Assembly: GCA_000934665.2 (NCBI GenBank)
Contig: KZ538046.1
Location: forward strand, 62,001 to 126,000
Source of the DNA: Catajapyx aquilonaris
Lineage: Eukaryota
Length of the DNA stretch: 64,000 nt
Direction: 5' to 3'
A model generated the notes under the pieces. That model made no database searches. It saw only the letters and a list, made by a program, of their open reading frames with translations, and had not been told where the DNA came from. Positions 24,684 through 37,800 of this stretch are shown one piece after another. The position numbers and the translations under genes were made by a program. The stretch's first letter is position 1. Every line of letters begins with the position of its first letter.

Positions 24684-27600
24684 CTCTTTGCCATCATCAT
24701 CATATATAAGTCCCCCAGACCAATCCCGTCATTTGTTTGGTTTCAGCCTCAAGGAGACCTTGCCGGGCTTCGACTCAATCTCATCTAATCAGTAATGAGT
24801 GCACGGGTCCCTTTTGGAAAAGGGAAAGAAAATCCAGAAGTACTAAAAAATAAATTTAAAAATCTAAATCCACGCTCCAGCAGCCATCGATTTGCTGGAA
24901 GGAAAATTTTGCGCAACTCCTTTGTTCCTGGACAATTACGAATATTGGATACGCAGATGAATTTTCAACTCAACGTCATATTAGGCATATGTTTGTCGTA
25001 ACCTGTCTACCAATTCTACAATTTTATTGCATATTGGTGCTGATTTTTGGCAAAATATCGGACTCTTGACACTTCGACCCAACCTAACGAAAGTTGCCCC
25101 ATAATTATTATTACCGATATGGGAAAAACAAGTGTTTGAAAAAAACAAATAGCGTGCGCATGGCTCGAGCACACGGCTCCTTATCGCCAATTTCTTGAAC
25201 GATGCTGATTGCAAATGCTCGAGTTCCGTGCTTGCAACGAATGACGGCGTAACTATCAGGACCGGAACTCTAGCTAATTATGCACAACAATTACGTCTGC
25301 ATTTCTTACTGGTCAAACAGGCGAGAAATGCTTTGCAACCTTCGTGCAACTTGGAAAGGAATCAATGTCAACTTTTGTTTGCATTTTTTTTTCTCAGCTT
25401 CATTGCAGGTTGCCAACATGATTTCCTGCTCGCCCTTTCTCGATAAACCCAGTTTTAATCTGCATTTCAGAGCCCAAGGGCAATGTATAAAAAAATGGCT
25501 GAAAGTGCATACTGCAAGGCCCCCTTTCCTTTACTTTTTCAACTCTATCGATCTGCATTTGCTTCGATCAATCTCTCGTGCCTGTCAGGGATGAATCAGT
25601 GCCAACAGTGCGCCATTTTTAGCCCACGCGCAGCCGCACCTACTTTCTCAACCATGTTATTTATTATTATTGAACCAAGTTCATTCACATGGTTAGTAGC
25701 CGTGTTAATAAGCAACTAAAAAAAAAACGTACCATGTCACCTGGGACGGGCATCGCCAAGTCCAATGTCCATTTGTCGCACTTATCTCATATTGGCAATT
25801 TAAGTTAAAATTGTCGCGAAAAACTAAGACTGGTTGCACTCAATCCGGCCACTTTTAGCGGCTCTTTGCGACTGCCTGCTGTTGGCAAGCGGCGCCTAGC
25901 AGGGTTTAGTGGGAGGAGGGGTGAGTGGGGAGGTAGTAGTGGAGGGGGGGGGGGGGTGGAGGTTAAAAAAAAATGCACGAGGTCCTTGATTCAATGCTGC
26001 AAACATGTGTGGGCGTGTGCGGGTATGGGGAGCACTGATTTTAACATCCTTGCGTGAGTGTGTGAATGAAGCCACCAGACGTAAACATGTGGCACATATT
26101 GGCCAAAAAATTTTAAGCGGATTTTTTTTTTTAAAAAAAAGCGTGGGAAGTTAAGCCTACTTCCGAATTTAATGGGAGAGCTTCCAAGCACTTCTTGGAC
26201 AGGAGTAAGATTGCTCCTCCCCTCACAACCCTTTTGTTTAGCACCCACTATCATTAACCTTTTGTTTTCAACATCGCGCTCGAGATTTATGCGCCAGATT
26301 TTTGGGGCCTGCCTGAAGGCTATTATCGCTAGGAATTAAGGTGAGCTTATTTTTCATCCTTGTTTCAGCGCCGGGCATAAAAGAAAGTAGGCAGATTCAC
26401 AAAAGGGAGGACGTTCAAATAAGAGTGTGAGCAACAAAAAAAAAGAGTTTGATGGGAAGGGGGGGATAATGTGCTCAATTGGCAGTGCCCAGGAATATAG
26501 CGCAAAAAAGCTGGGGGCCAATCAGTATTATCCAGTCGCTATTTTAGGATCGTGTCTGCTGCCTTTGATGCCCGGTCATTTGAAACCACAGCTTCATATG
26601 AATGTCCTGCATTAAAACGGACCGTTGGTGCAAATGAAAATAGGAGCAAATATAATATACTCTGGTCTATGCGTCGCTAATTATAATATGGTTATCAGAG
26701 TAGACTATGATTATGATTGTAATTATCGTTTCTGATGATGGTAAAAATATATTGCGTCCTTTAGATGTTGCGCAGGGTGTGGTATATGCAATATGCTAAT
26801 ATATAGATCACATATGGATTGTTTACCCCAGCGCTTGCCATGCATTTCTCGCTTAATTTTTTTATACAAAATATTAATATCACCATGAGCTTATTTCTAC
26901 ATAACCAAATTCTCACAACCAGGTAACAAAATATCTCTTCGATACCCCACACAAAAAAATTACTCGCCAATATTGTTTTGTTGCGACGACCAACAACAAA
27001 CCGTCCAGTTCTATCCAATCAGATATCGATATAATACCTTTAACCCGCAGAAATCGACCAGACAACCAATGACCTACTAGCCCGTCTTCAATCCCCCCTC
27101 CATTATTACCACCCACTTTTTATAACCTCCCCAACATCCCCTACCCCATGCTCTCCAAGGCTGTTGACTCCCCCTGGACATTTGTTCCCCAAATGTTATG
27201 ACTGACATCCACATTGAATCTGCCCTCGATGCATCAACCTTCCCCGTCCAGCATCATCCAACAGCTCCCCTTTAACCTTAAAAAAACCCTCCCGCATCCC
27301 CGGAAAAAGTGTTGGCGGCCCTTCAACCGTTTGAAAAGGGAGGTGCGAGCCACCCGTCCGCCTCACATGTGAGTGTGTGTGTGTGTGAGTGAGCCGGACA
27401 GCAGACGTGAATAACTAGCCCCCCCCCNNNNCCCCCCCCCCCCGCTACCTCTCTCTCTCTCTCCCTTTGAAGCCCGAGGGAATCGCGATGCAAAACCCGT
27501 TTGGCCAGTGCCACAACAGTCCTCCACCTTGAACTGGCCCCTATCAATTATGTTCAGCTGCCCTGGCCAGCAACTGGGTCAATGGTCCAAAAAGTGGTCC

Positions 27601-28845
27601 ATCGCTAAAAGACCGGACTCGGGCAGCTGGGGAGAGGCTTCACAGATTGAAGCAGGCCGCGTCTCAAGAACAGCAGTGGCGCTCCAAACGGGAAAACGTC
27701 CAACTTTCTTCAGTAGACAAGCGCGCCTTATTGGGTTTTGCCTTTCTATATATTCAGACGCTCTTGTCAGAAGACAACCGCCATCATTGGACAAAGAACT
27801 TCTTCAGCCGGAGCCTAAATTAAAATTAAATCCTTTCAATGCAATGACAGTGCCGCATCTACGGCGTGAATAATAATGAGATTGTCTCGCGCCCGTGGCT
27901 CTCCAGCAGTGCCAAAGTAAACTTTGCGACCTGATTGGATGCCGAGGCATCTTCAGGGCGCAAATTACCAATTGGGCTAGGGGGAGTGGGTGGGAGAAGG
28001 GTGGGGTCCCCCCCCCCCCCCTTAAAAAGCAGTTTTTAAAAATATATCTACTTCCAGTTTCAACAGTCATCCATAAAATCCAGGATGGGTGTGGGTGGGT
28101 CGTAAGGGGAAGGATTTGGGTAGGGAAATGGTAGGGAGGTAATCAATCCCCCCCCCTCTCCCTCCCTCCCTCCTCCAACTCCCCTGTTTAAAATACCCGG
28201 CATTACCCGCCATTAATTACAGGCGGAAACGAAAAAGGAAAGTGGGGCCAGCTGCAGAAATGACTCCCTGGACTTTTCCAATTCCAACCCCCCCTCCCCC
28301 CCCTTTAGTCCCCAACTTTCCCCCTTCTTTTACTTACAGTGGGTGGGAGGTCAGTGGGAGGCTAGAAAGAGGGGGGGGGGGGATTTAGGGAAATTTTGGC
28401 ATGGTTCTGAGATGCCAATAAGGCGGATGGCCCCCCCGATTGGCCCTCGGCAGCTCCGCCCCCGATGCAGATGGCAAGGCGACGGACCCCCCCAGACCCT
28501 ACCCCCCTTTCCCCACTTCTTTTTGGGCAGAAGGCCCCCTTTTGGACCCCCCTTTTCCTGGTGATCAATAGTCCCCCGCTCTTCTTGATTGGCGCAGCGG
28601 GGCTCGCTGCATGGGCGCCAGGCGCCTAATGAGATGCCGAGTGAACGCCCCCTCCAATCCGGCTCCTCCAGGAAGCGGAAGTGGGGAGCCTCTTACATCC
28701 TGGCTGGACCTCCCACCTCCTTCTAAACCTCCTCCTATTCCCATCCCCACCCCCCCACTCCCCACCTTATACCAGGGGTCTATAGCGATAGGAGGGGATC
28801 CGCCTCGCAAGCGCTGGCTTCCTACTGTTCAAACCGGCGCGCTTC

Positions 28846-28863
28846 TTGACTAGAGGGCGCTAC
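28846..28863 (+). promoter_or_regulatory. CTCF-like motif
   Basis: TTGACTAGAGGGCGCTAC compared with core consensus CCACYAGRKGGCRSY. Confidence 0.45.
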
Positions 28864-31800
28864 GATCGATATCTTAGATGTCTACTCCTGGATATCCTCA
28901 AGTATAAAAGTACATGGTTGGGGCAAAATATTCGAAATATGGAGGGTAAATACAGCTCGTATGCACCTAATACACCATAGGGCCAGGGAATAGTCTTGCT
29001 CCTTATTTCTTGGCATGGGCAGACACTATTTTTGTACTATTTTTGTGTACATGCAGTTGTGAGTGGGAAGAACCTAGTGATGCTGCTTTTTGAACGTAAG
29101 TATTCACATAAAGACATTGGTAAAAAGTAAAGATGGGTTCTTGTTCGCAGAGCACTGGAGGCAAAGGAATGGTACTGCGAACTATTATGTGGAACAATCT
29201 GCATATTCATTTTTTAATTTTAAATACAGGAGTCAGGAGTGAGTTATTAGCAATAGTTATATACAGGCCTTTCGTCTAACATGATGACGTCGTGACATAA
29301 AGCAATACTGTAAGGGCAAGTGCGGTGTGGACATTCACTGAACAATTCGTCCCCTGCACTGATGTGCTACATTTAGCTGAAAGAGTCCAGATGTAATATC
29401 AGTTGTTTTTTTCAGTACCAGTGCGTGAATAAAATGAAAACTGTGCAACTGGCAAAAACCACGTTTGAAATACAGTGCTAAGATAATACAAACTTTGTGC
29501 TATTATGATTTTTAAAAAAACTACCATTAGAAACGTAATGAAAGCAATGCAGTGGCCATCTGCATTTGGAATGCAAGTCACTGACCAGGTGAGGTTCTCC
29601 TTATTATCAGCCGTGATATAATGCCTCGTTTTAAAAGAATAGGTCCGTAGCATGAAATGTCATTGCACAGGCCTTCACCACACGCCATTTGTTAATTTAA
29701 AGGTCGATGACATATGGTGCATAATGCATGGCCAATTTCTAGTGCAATGGAGGCCTACAAGGTGTATAATAATTTTTTCTAGCCGATGATCAAAACATGC
29801 CGTGTGTGTGTCTATTAGCATGGTGGTGTAAAGGCTCAGTCTATTACCTCAGTCTGATGTCCTGGCATAGATTTGGCTATTATTATTTCATATGAAAATA
29901 ACATCGATGAATTTCCTGCGGGGGTAGAGTGAGTTTTCTTGGGGATATCCAGTTTCCTCCTCTCCCCATGCCTCATGACATTGTCTGCCTCGGATTCCCC
30001 AAACAAATCAAATATTACCAAACTTTATTGTGCAACGATATGCTTCATGATATAATATGATATACTGCTGACAAGAAATTGTTAACATTTTTTTTTTGTT
30101 TTAAGTGCTTCATGTAATGTGTATACAGTGCTTTTGTAAACGCCCGAGAAATATGTTATTTACTTATCAACATCCTATTATTTTGTAATAAATAATTTCT
30201 CAATAAATTGGTATTAAGCTCAAATGACTAACGCAATATTGTTGTGCAAAATAATCCTCATGTCCCTAAACAACAAGTTTACTGTAAAAACCACAATGAC
30301 TCATTAATGTAATAGACAAAAAATAAGCATTCCCACGGCTACCAGGCTAGCCTTGTTAATAAATCAGTGTATTTGTACCAGTCACATACTGTGTATCATT
30401 ACAGCATCGATAGCATCGACTAACCCACAGAAAACTTTCATTGACAATCATTATGGACAATGAAAATTAATCAAATTTCACTTATTGCCTCTTCACGATC
30501 AGGCCATATGTCGAAAAAATTATCCAAGATTCTGTAAAATTTTAACCTGCTTCTGACCTACGATACATGCACCCAAAATAGCGCAAGCAGCACCAACATT
30601 ATACAAAATATTGACAAAGATGCAAAAATAAACCCACGTCAAAAGAAAAAAAGTTTTCAATTCCGTCATCACGCAATGAGGCCTACTATCCTCTGCATTT
30701 ACCACAGTTCAAAGGAAGAAGACATATTTAAAAATAATTTCTGCTTCATCTGACCTAATCCACAGAACATACTGCCACACATCGCATTCTTTCTTCAGCA
30801 CCTTACGTACATTACGCCAAGTGAAATTATCTCCCAAGTGCTAAGAGCCTTTCGCCAAATACAAACAGGTCCTTGACTCACCCCTCAAAAAATGCATAAA
30901 ACAGCTACCGGCATACCCTTTTTGCCCAATTAAAAAAATGCCCAAAGGCTCTCTCCCGACTCGTAAATAAAGTTAAGTGAGGTATGAATACATCTTAACC
31001 CCCCTAATAAAAGTCAAAAACCAACAGAAGTATTTAAAGGTTGGAAGCCAAGCGACACTGACTGGCTTCATATTGAGGAAACGTGGGGAAACCGCAGGCA
31101 AGAAACTTCTCCACCTATACTTTTACGAGGGACCAGCAGTGATAGCATGCAATAGACCAAATTGTTTGTCGGGAGGCAGTAATTTACGCCTATCGAGAAA
31201 GCCGCCAGCACCCCCCCTGAAATTCCAGCCACCGGAATTAGCAACGGGGGGGGGACTCCAAAAACTTCTTTTATATACCCTGGGTCTCAAAACTTGCCTC
31301 CAAAAAATCCTAACCATCCCACCAAAAGAGGGCTAAAAAAGTGGTCGAAAATTCCTGCTGGACGATGGAAAATTATGGGGGCTATTAAAAGTGTCGTTTT
31401 ATAACGCACACGTGAGGAAAAGGAGGCGGACTAGCTCTTATATAGCACCATGTGTGCTATGGGTGGGGTGTGTGGGAAGGGGTAAGGCCCGTTTAAATTC
31501 CGTTAGCGATATTTTGACTTTGTGCCCGCAACTGCAAGCACCTACAACGCATCATAACTTGCACTTGCCTTGGGGGCCGTAATGTGGCCCGGTAATGCTG
31601 GGACACACACTTTACATGAAGCAATAAACTGGAAAGTTTGAAGGGTCATAAGCCTGATTGGATCCATAAAAGTAATGCGGAAAATCGATCCTTACACCAC
31701 CCAACTCCTATAGGCGACATTTGGGAAGTAGTACGGAGTTTAGGTGGGGGGGGNCCCATGAGCTGCCTTGCCTGCGAGATTTAAACGAGCAAACTGTCAT

Positions 31801-34800
31801 ATTGATTACAATTAGTTTGTGAAATACGACTCAGGCCGCCTAAATAGAAATAAAGAGCCTAGGTTTGTGGTGTTCCTCGGGCCTCCCTAAAAACGGAAGA
31901 CTGGACTCCGCCCAACATTATTTATGCAATTCGGAGCTCATTTACGCTCCGAGTCCGGCCAAAACTCCCCTTTTACCCAGGGGTATAGACCACAGTACTT
32001 TTTTTTTTTTTTGGAGGGGGGGGGGGGGTGAGGAAGGAAGTGGGACGTACTTCCCAGATGCTGAGGCTAACTTACATGCCAAAAGCAATGTCGGCAACAA
32101 TTTTCCAGAAGGGTAATAACAATCATTGTTTGGAGGGGGAGAACACTTTGGAATCCGGTGGGCCTTTCGTGCGTTGGACACACATGTGATTCTTGTTATT
32201 ATTGCACCCGCCTAATTAGGAAGATTTTTTTTTTAGTTGGGAGAAACCACTATGCCAACAAATTGCAGGGTGTGTTCCTTTTTGGGAAACAAAGAAGGGC
32301 AGATGTTAAGAGATAAAATTGTGCATAAGTTTCATGATGTGCTAACAACATACATGATGTAGTTGTCACAAAATTTTCAGATTAATATCACAATCACGAA
32401 AATTGTTCCTGTTGGGCATAATCGCAACAAAAAGCAAATTGACACATTTTCGTTCCTTGCCATGTTTACAAACACAGCGAGCTAAAACGAGGTTTTCCCT
32501 TTTTATCTCCGGCCTGTTCCGCTCTTGCAAAATCCGAAACAGGAAGCCAGCTCGAGCTGGCTTTTCTTCCTCGGAATATTTTGCGACACGACTGCCTCAA
32601 CTAACTTTCGGGTTGGAAACTGCCTCCCTGAAACTCCCCTATCTCTCTCTCTCATGTCCCTTTCGGCTCCGCCAGAAATCAGAGATACGGGCATATACTT
32701 CCGAAATGGCCTGGTGCCAGAAAAGAAAATGGAGGTGGCCGGACTTCCTTTCTTCAGTCAGCACAATTTTTAGCTCAAGTTTTTTTCCTCAAAAAAGTAA
32801 AAAAAGTACCTCGCCCCTTTCCGCTCTGAAATCTGTCCCAAGAGTATACTAGGGGTGGTAGCGGAATAAAAAGATTAAGAATTCATGAGAGCTTGTGACG
32901 GATGGGTTCATCTAGAAAGGTTTTTCCAGTGCCTTTTTTGCATGGCAGTAAAAGAAGGGGACCCATCGGACGTGAGTCAGCATGGACTCATCGATTCAGT
33001 TCCTCAACCCCTCCTATATAATTCCCCCCCATCATCTCAACCCTCCCCACCCACTTCTACCCCCTCTTCATCCAACGATGCAATGGCCGAAGGAGCACTG
33101 GGGGCATCGATTTGAAAATGTCGAGGCCTTTCTGGAACTCAATAATACATTTCTTCCTTCCTTTTCCAACCCTCCATCTTTTTAGCTCCCCCCTCCCCCC
33201 CTCTTTTACCATCCCTCAAATATTTTTTTGGAAGCTTAACTTTAGTCCCCATCAAGCCTTTGCGTCAATTAGTAATTTCTTCAGTTGGATACGAAATGGT
33301 GCACGCGTATTGCCATTATGGCGGAAGAAAAAGGGGGGTGAGTGGTAAAAGGGGGAGAGGCACTCAAAATTTCACCGAATCTTTCAGCGACTTTTCAAAA
33401 GGGTCTTAGCAAACACTCGCGAATGGTGCACTCTAGAACCATAAATCGACATCTAAGCTGAATTTCAGCTCGGAATATCAATATTGCAGTTTGTATACTA
33501 TTCCAATAAAAAAACGAGGAGCTCAATGTGAATTCACCCATTTTTTGAACATGCTTCGAAATTGAAGCACTGCAAATTGAGCGTGTGGGTCAGTGGAAGT
33601 TTGGCCCCGCATTAGCTCGTCGATTAGCCCCACATTGATTGTGCCTCCCCCTACCACCCCCTAGCCCACCCCCAATATGAAACACACATGCGCATATGTA
33701 CTCCCCCACCCATAGCCAAAAACTACCTGTGACCCGTCTGAGAGAAACACTTTGGACCTGAACACTATGCCACTCGTCCGATATGTACCAGCAACTAAGA
33801 TATACCTGAGTATGGTAGAGGTCTCCATGCTGCGGCGGACCAGAGTGGACTACTAGCTGACCATGGACCTCCTTGGCCACGACGGCCCCCCCTTCCCTCC
33901 CAGTTCCCATACACCCCACCCACCCACCCCATCCATACACAACATACTAGCCCCAACTGGCTCTGGGACAAGGATGGCCACCCTTCCCTCATTCAGCAAA
34001 GGGGGCCCCCTCCCAAAAATTTTTAAATTTCACGAACTGGTTTTAACCGTTACGCCCCGGACAGAAAAAGAGTGGACACGTCCAGCGGAAGACAGGGGTA
34101 GTAGGGTCCGGTGGGAACCATCACCCCCCATCATCACACACCCCCCCGAGTCCACACATATTCACACACGCTCGGGAGGGGCGCACAAAAGAAAGTCCCC
34201 ACCTCTGGTTCCTCCCGGGGTCATTTTCCTTTTCAGCCAGGTACACAAGGATGGTAGTAGGGGTTGTCACCTTGTCCCTGACCCCTCTCTGCAGCAGCAT
34301 CCAGGACTGTGTGGATTCCCTTCCGGACGGGACTGTATAGCCGGCAGCCACACTAGAGTACACCGCCTCAAAGGTGCGTCCGACTGAATGAATGCAAAAC
34401 GTGTCTGGACTCGGCCTATCATATTTCGCCACATGTGGCGTCCTAGCCATCCCTGCATGCAGCATGGGAAAAACTAACCGAGTCTTCCTTGTCTCTGCTC
34501 CCTGATGATTATATTGTGTCCGGCAGAAAAATTTCCTCCGGACTAGGGGTACCCCCCATCTGCTGCTAGTTTTTTTTTGGGGGGGGAGAGGGGGGGTCCT
34601 CTTTTTGTTCGCTGACATTGCGCTGCTGATCGTAATGGAAATCTCTTTCTAAAGACTCGTGTTTACTACTGCCAATTCTGGCAAACATTAATAGAGTGGT
34701 AAGCATTGCTGGTGTTTCCTTATTCAATGCTATTTTTTTTAGCAATTTCTTTCAATGAAGGCGTAAGTGCTCTGTAATATCCGGTTTATCAACTTTCACT

Positions 34801-37800
34801 CTTTCATGCATTTTGTTATTAAAATTAATAATGCAATAATATAGCCACTCTGTTTTTAATACAAAAATTAGCAAACTTAAAACTTTATTTGAAAAACCCT
34901 TCTCATTCAGTAGATGCCACCGTCATGTCATGTCTATACTGTATAGGAATTCCAAAGAAAGTGGTTGAATGCACAATTTGATCCGGTATGCATTTGAATT
35001 TAAAAAAAAGTATAGACAGCTGGCAGGGAGAATGTCGAGTTACACATTTTTTTGAAGATCATACTTAGTGATTCATCCATATTAATATGTTTATTCGTTG
35101 ATAATCGCATAGAAGGAAATACCCAGATGGTGATAATGAACGACTCACTGGTCCTTGGTTTGACACCATGACTTCATAGACTACAATGATTTCTGACAAC
35201 AATGTCACATTTTTCTTGACCACATTTAGCAATAGTACCCCTGCATCACTATAGAGATACCCATAAAAGTTTATTCAACCGGAAAACGTATTGGCAAAAA
35301 ATATCTTATCCGGCTTGGTACCCAACGTAAGCACCGTTGGCTCATGAAATTGTCAAAACATAAAGTATCGACTTGAGCTCTGACTCCAGCTGTTCCATTA
35401 TTTACCAGAGCTCCAGGGTGAAAAATGGTCTCCCGAACTCATTTACTCCGGAGAGGACATATCGACACATTTTTCAATAATGCCTTACCCACGAGAAAAT
35501 GCCCAATTCGATTACGGATAAGAGTGTAGAGAGGGGGAGAGAGAGTGGTTGGTAGGTGGGGGTGATGGTGGGGGTGGGACCTAGTATAAGTCAAACGCCT
35601 GATGCAGGAAAAGGGCTCCTCATATGGACAGAATCACATTCTCCTTTGAAATATGAGCCCCCGAGCAAAATCCCCCCCTCCCTTTTCCTCCCTCCCCCAC
35701 CTCCCCCTCCAAACCAAGCCACCGCCATCTCCTTTCTCTCCCTCGTCCGGGAGATAAAATGAAAGTTGCGAACTTTTGCCAGGCCGTTCATTTCCCTTCG
35801 GCTTCCTTCCTTATTGGGAAGCCCCAGATATCTGGGCTGACACAATGAAATAGTAGCCGCTCGAGTGTCCGCCTAGCTGCAGCCGCATCGCCTCCAGCAT
35901 TACACACTTTCAGGCACTCACTTATCACTTTTGTTGCAAAGAAAATTCACATCATTCCTACCCCACCCCGCTTCCAGAACCCCCAATGCCTGGCTGCTGC
36001 TGTCCAAAAATTTAATATCGGTCCTATATTTGTGGAGGTGGAAGTAGGGGGTTTTTGAAAAATTTATAGGGAGGAATTTTTGGAATACGTGTGTGCCAGA
36101 GGGTGTAAAAAATTATGCGAATTAAAAACCAAGCCAATATATTAATTCACTTCAGTATTATAGAGACCTGGTTACAATATACACATACCACAATTATCTA
36201 CTGGTAAGTATAAGGTAGTAAATTTTACACCTGTTCATACAACTGGCCACTTATTGTTGTCATGACTTTGTCAGCAGTATATCGACTGCAGAGGATTAGT
36301 ATCACAAAGAAATTAATTTGGAACACCCACCCCTCTTTTTTCATCGTCCCTTGTACTGTTGGGTCATTCAGTAATTATTGAATGCATTCTTTTGACAGCT
36401 GATTACAAAAGCTAGGCATGTTTCCAAGCACCCTGCACAAAGCACTCAAGGTCGGTTTATTCTACAACCTAAACCACCCATCCCTATGTGCTTCCAACCC
36501 AAATACTACACCGCTATTCTGTGAAAAAAATGGGTCGAATTAATTAGAGGCCCACCTTTTTTTTTGCTGGTGGAGGGTTGAGTGTGGGTAAGCCACCAAT
36601 CCCAGGTGATAAGTCCCGGAAAGGAACAACAGGTAAAAAAAATGTTAGAAGGAACCTGCGTGCCTCGCCACGTGCCTCCCTATGCCTTTCCACCTTACCA
36701 TTATTTCCTTCTGAAATAAGCGGGACCGACCCTCCTGACCCAACACTACACCCTGCCCAACCCCACACTTATTGATACGCTACCTTGCTTTTTTAACTCA
36801 GTTAAAAAAAATGCACCACAGGTTTTGAGGCCTTAATTTCTATAGTCCACATCTTATAACAGTATAATGTGCACCTTAACACTTGAAGTCGAGACTAAGG
36901 CTTTTTGAAACTTGACGCCGTTTCATGTTTTTTATGGTTACAAAATTATCCGCAGATGTTAGTTATATTCGGAAAAGACCAATTTGTTTAACCGTATACA
37001 CTAGGCTTGGAATCTTCTTGCGTGGAATTTGGAATTTTCACAACCCTCCCACAAGTGTAAATTGCAAAGAAAATTTACTTCAATTACATGTAATTTAAAT
37101 GGTCCGGTTTGTGGAACACTACAATTTTCAGCTCAGTTTTTGAGGGTTTGGGCTTACGTGATGTGATACAGTAGGCATATGCTCTCCTCGATTAAGTTTG
37201 CTTATTATATTCAATACTTTACTCATATTTAGACTTTGACAAGATAAATGAAAAAATCCCTACCCATAAAGAAGGGCCATTTGTCATCAATTTTTCATGG
37301 TTAAATATTAGTACGGTAATACTGGAAAATATGTAATTTATTACATGCCCACACATTGACAGTAGAATATTCGGGAATATTGCCTCCAAAAATATTGCCA
37401 CAAGAGTAATCTCTACTGCAGAACATTTATTTTTGCAATGAACATAAAATATAAAAGTTTCAGTTATTGCCAGTTGTTCGCTTTAAATATGCCGAATGTT
37501 ATAAATGTAGTGTATGCTCTATAGCATTACTCAATGTCCCAAATGTCACATCCAGTTTTGACATATTCAAACTGCATCACCATTCTATTGGCACCCACCA
37601 CATGAGTGAATTTGATAAATTACGGTATTAAAGCCATTTCAAATACTCTGCATATATCCAATGTTGATAATGGAGGGGTGAAATGCATCACGAACGCTTT
37701 GAATTCATGTTCCTAAATTTTTTTCGTAGACAATTTCACCCCTCTATATGACGTCATTTCACATAACAGGATTCGAGATACAATATAAATATAAATGAAA

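Noticed and set aside
33863..34618. Overlapping 174-aa and 165-aa ORFs
   Set aside because: Low-complexity Pro/Gly products of C/G-rich DNA with no domain.
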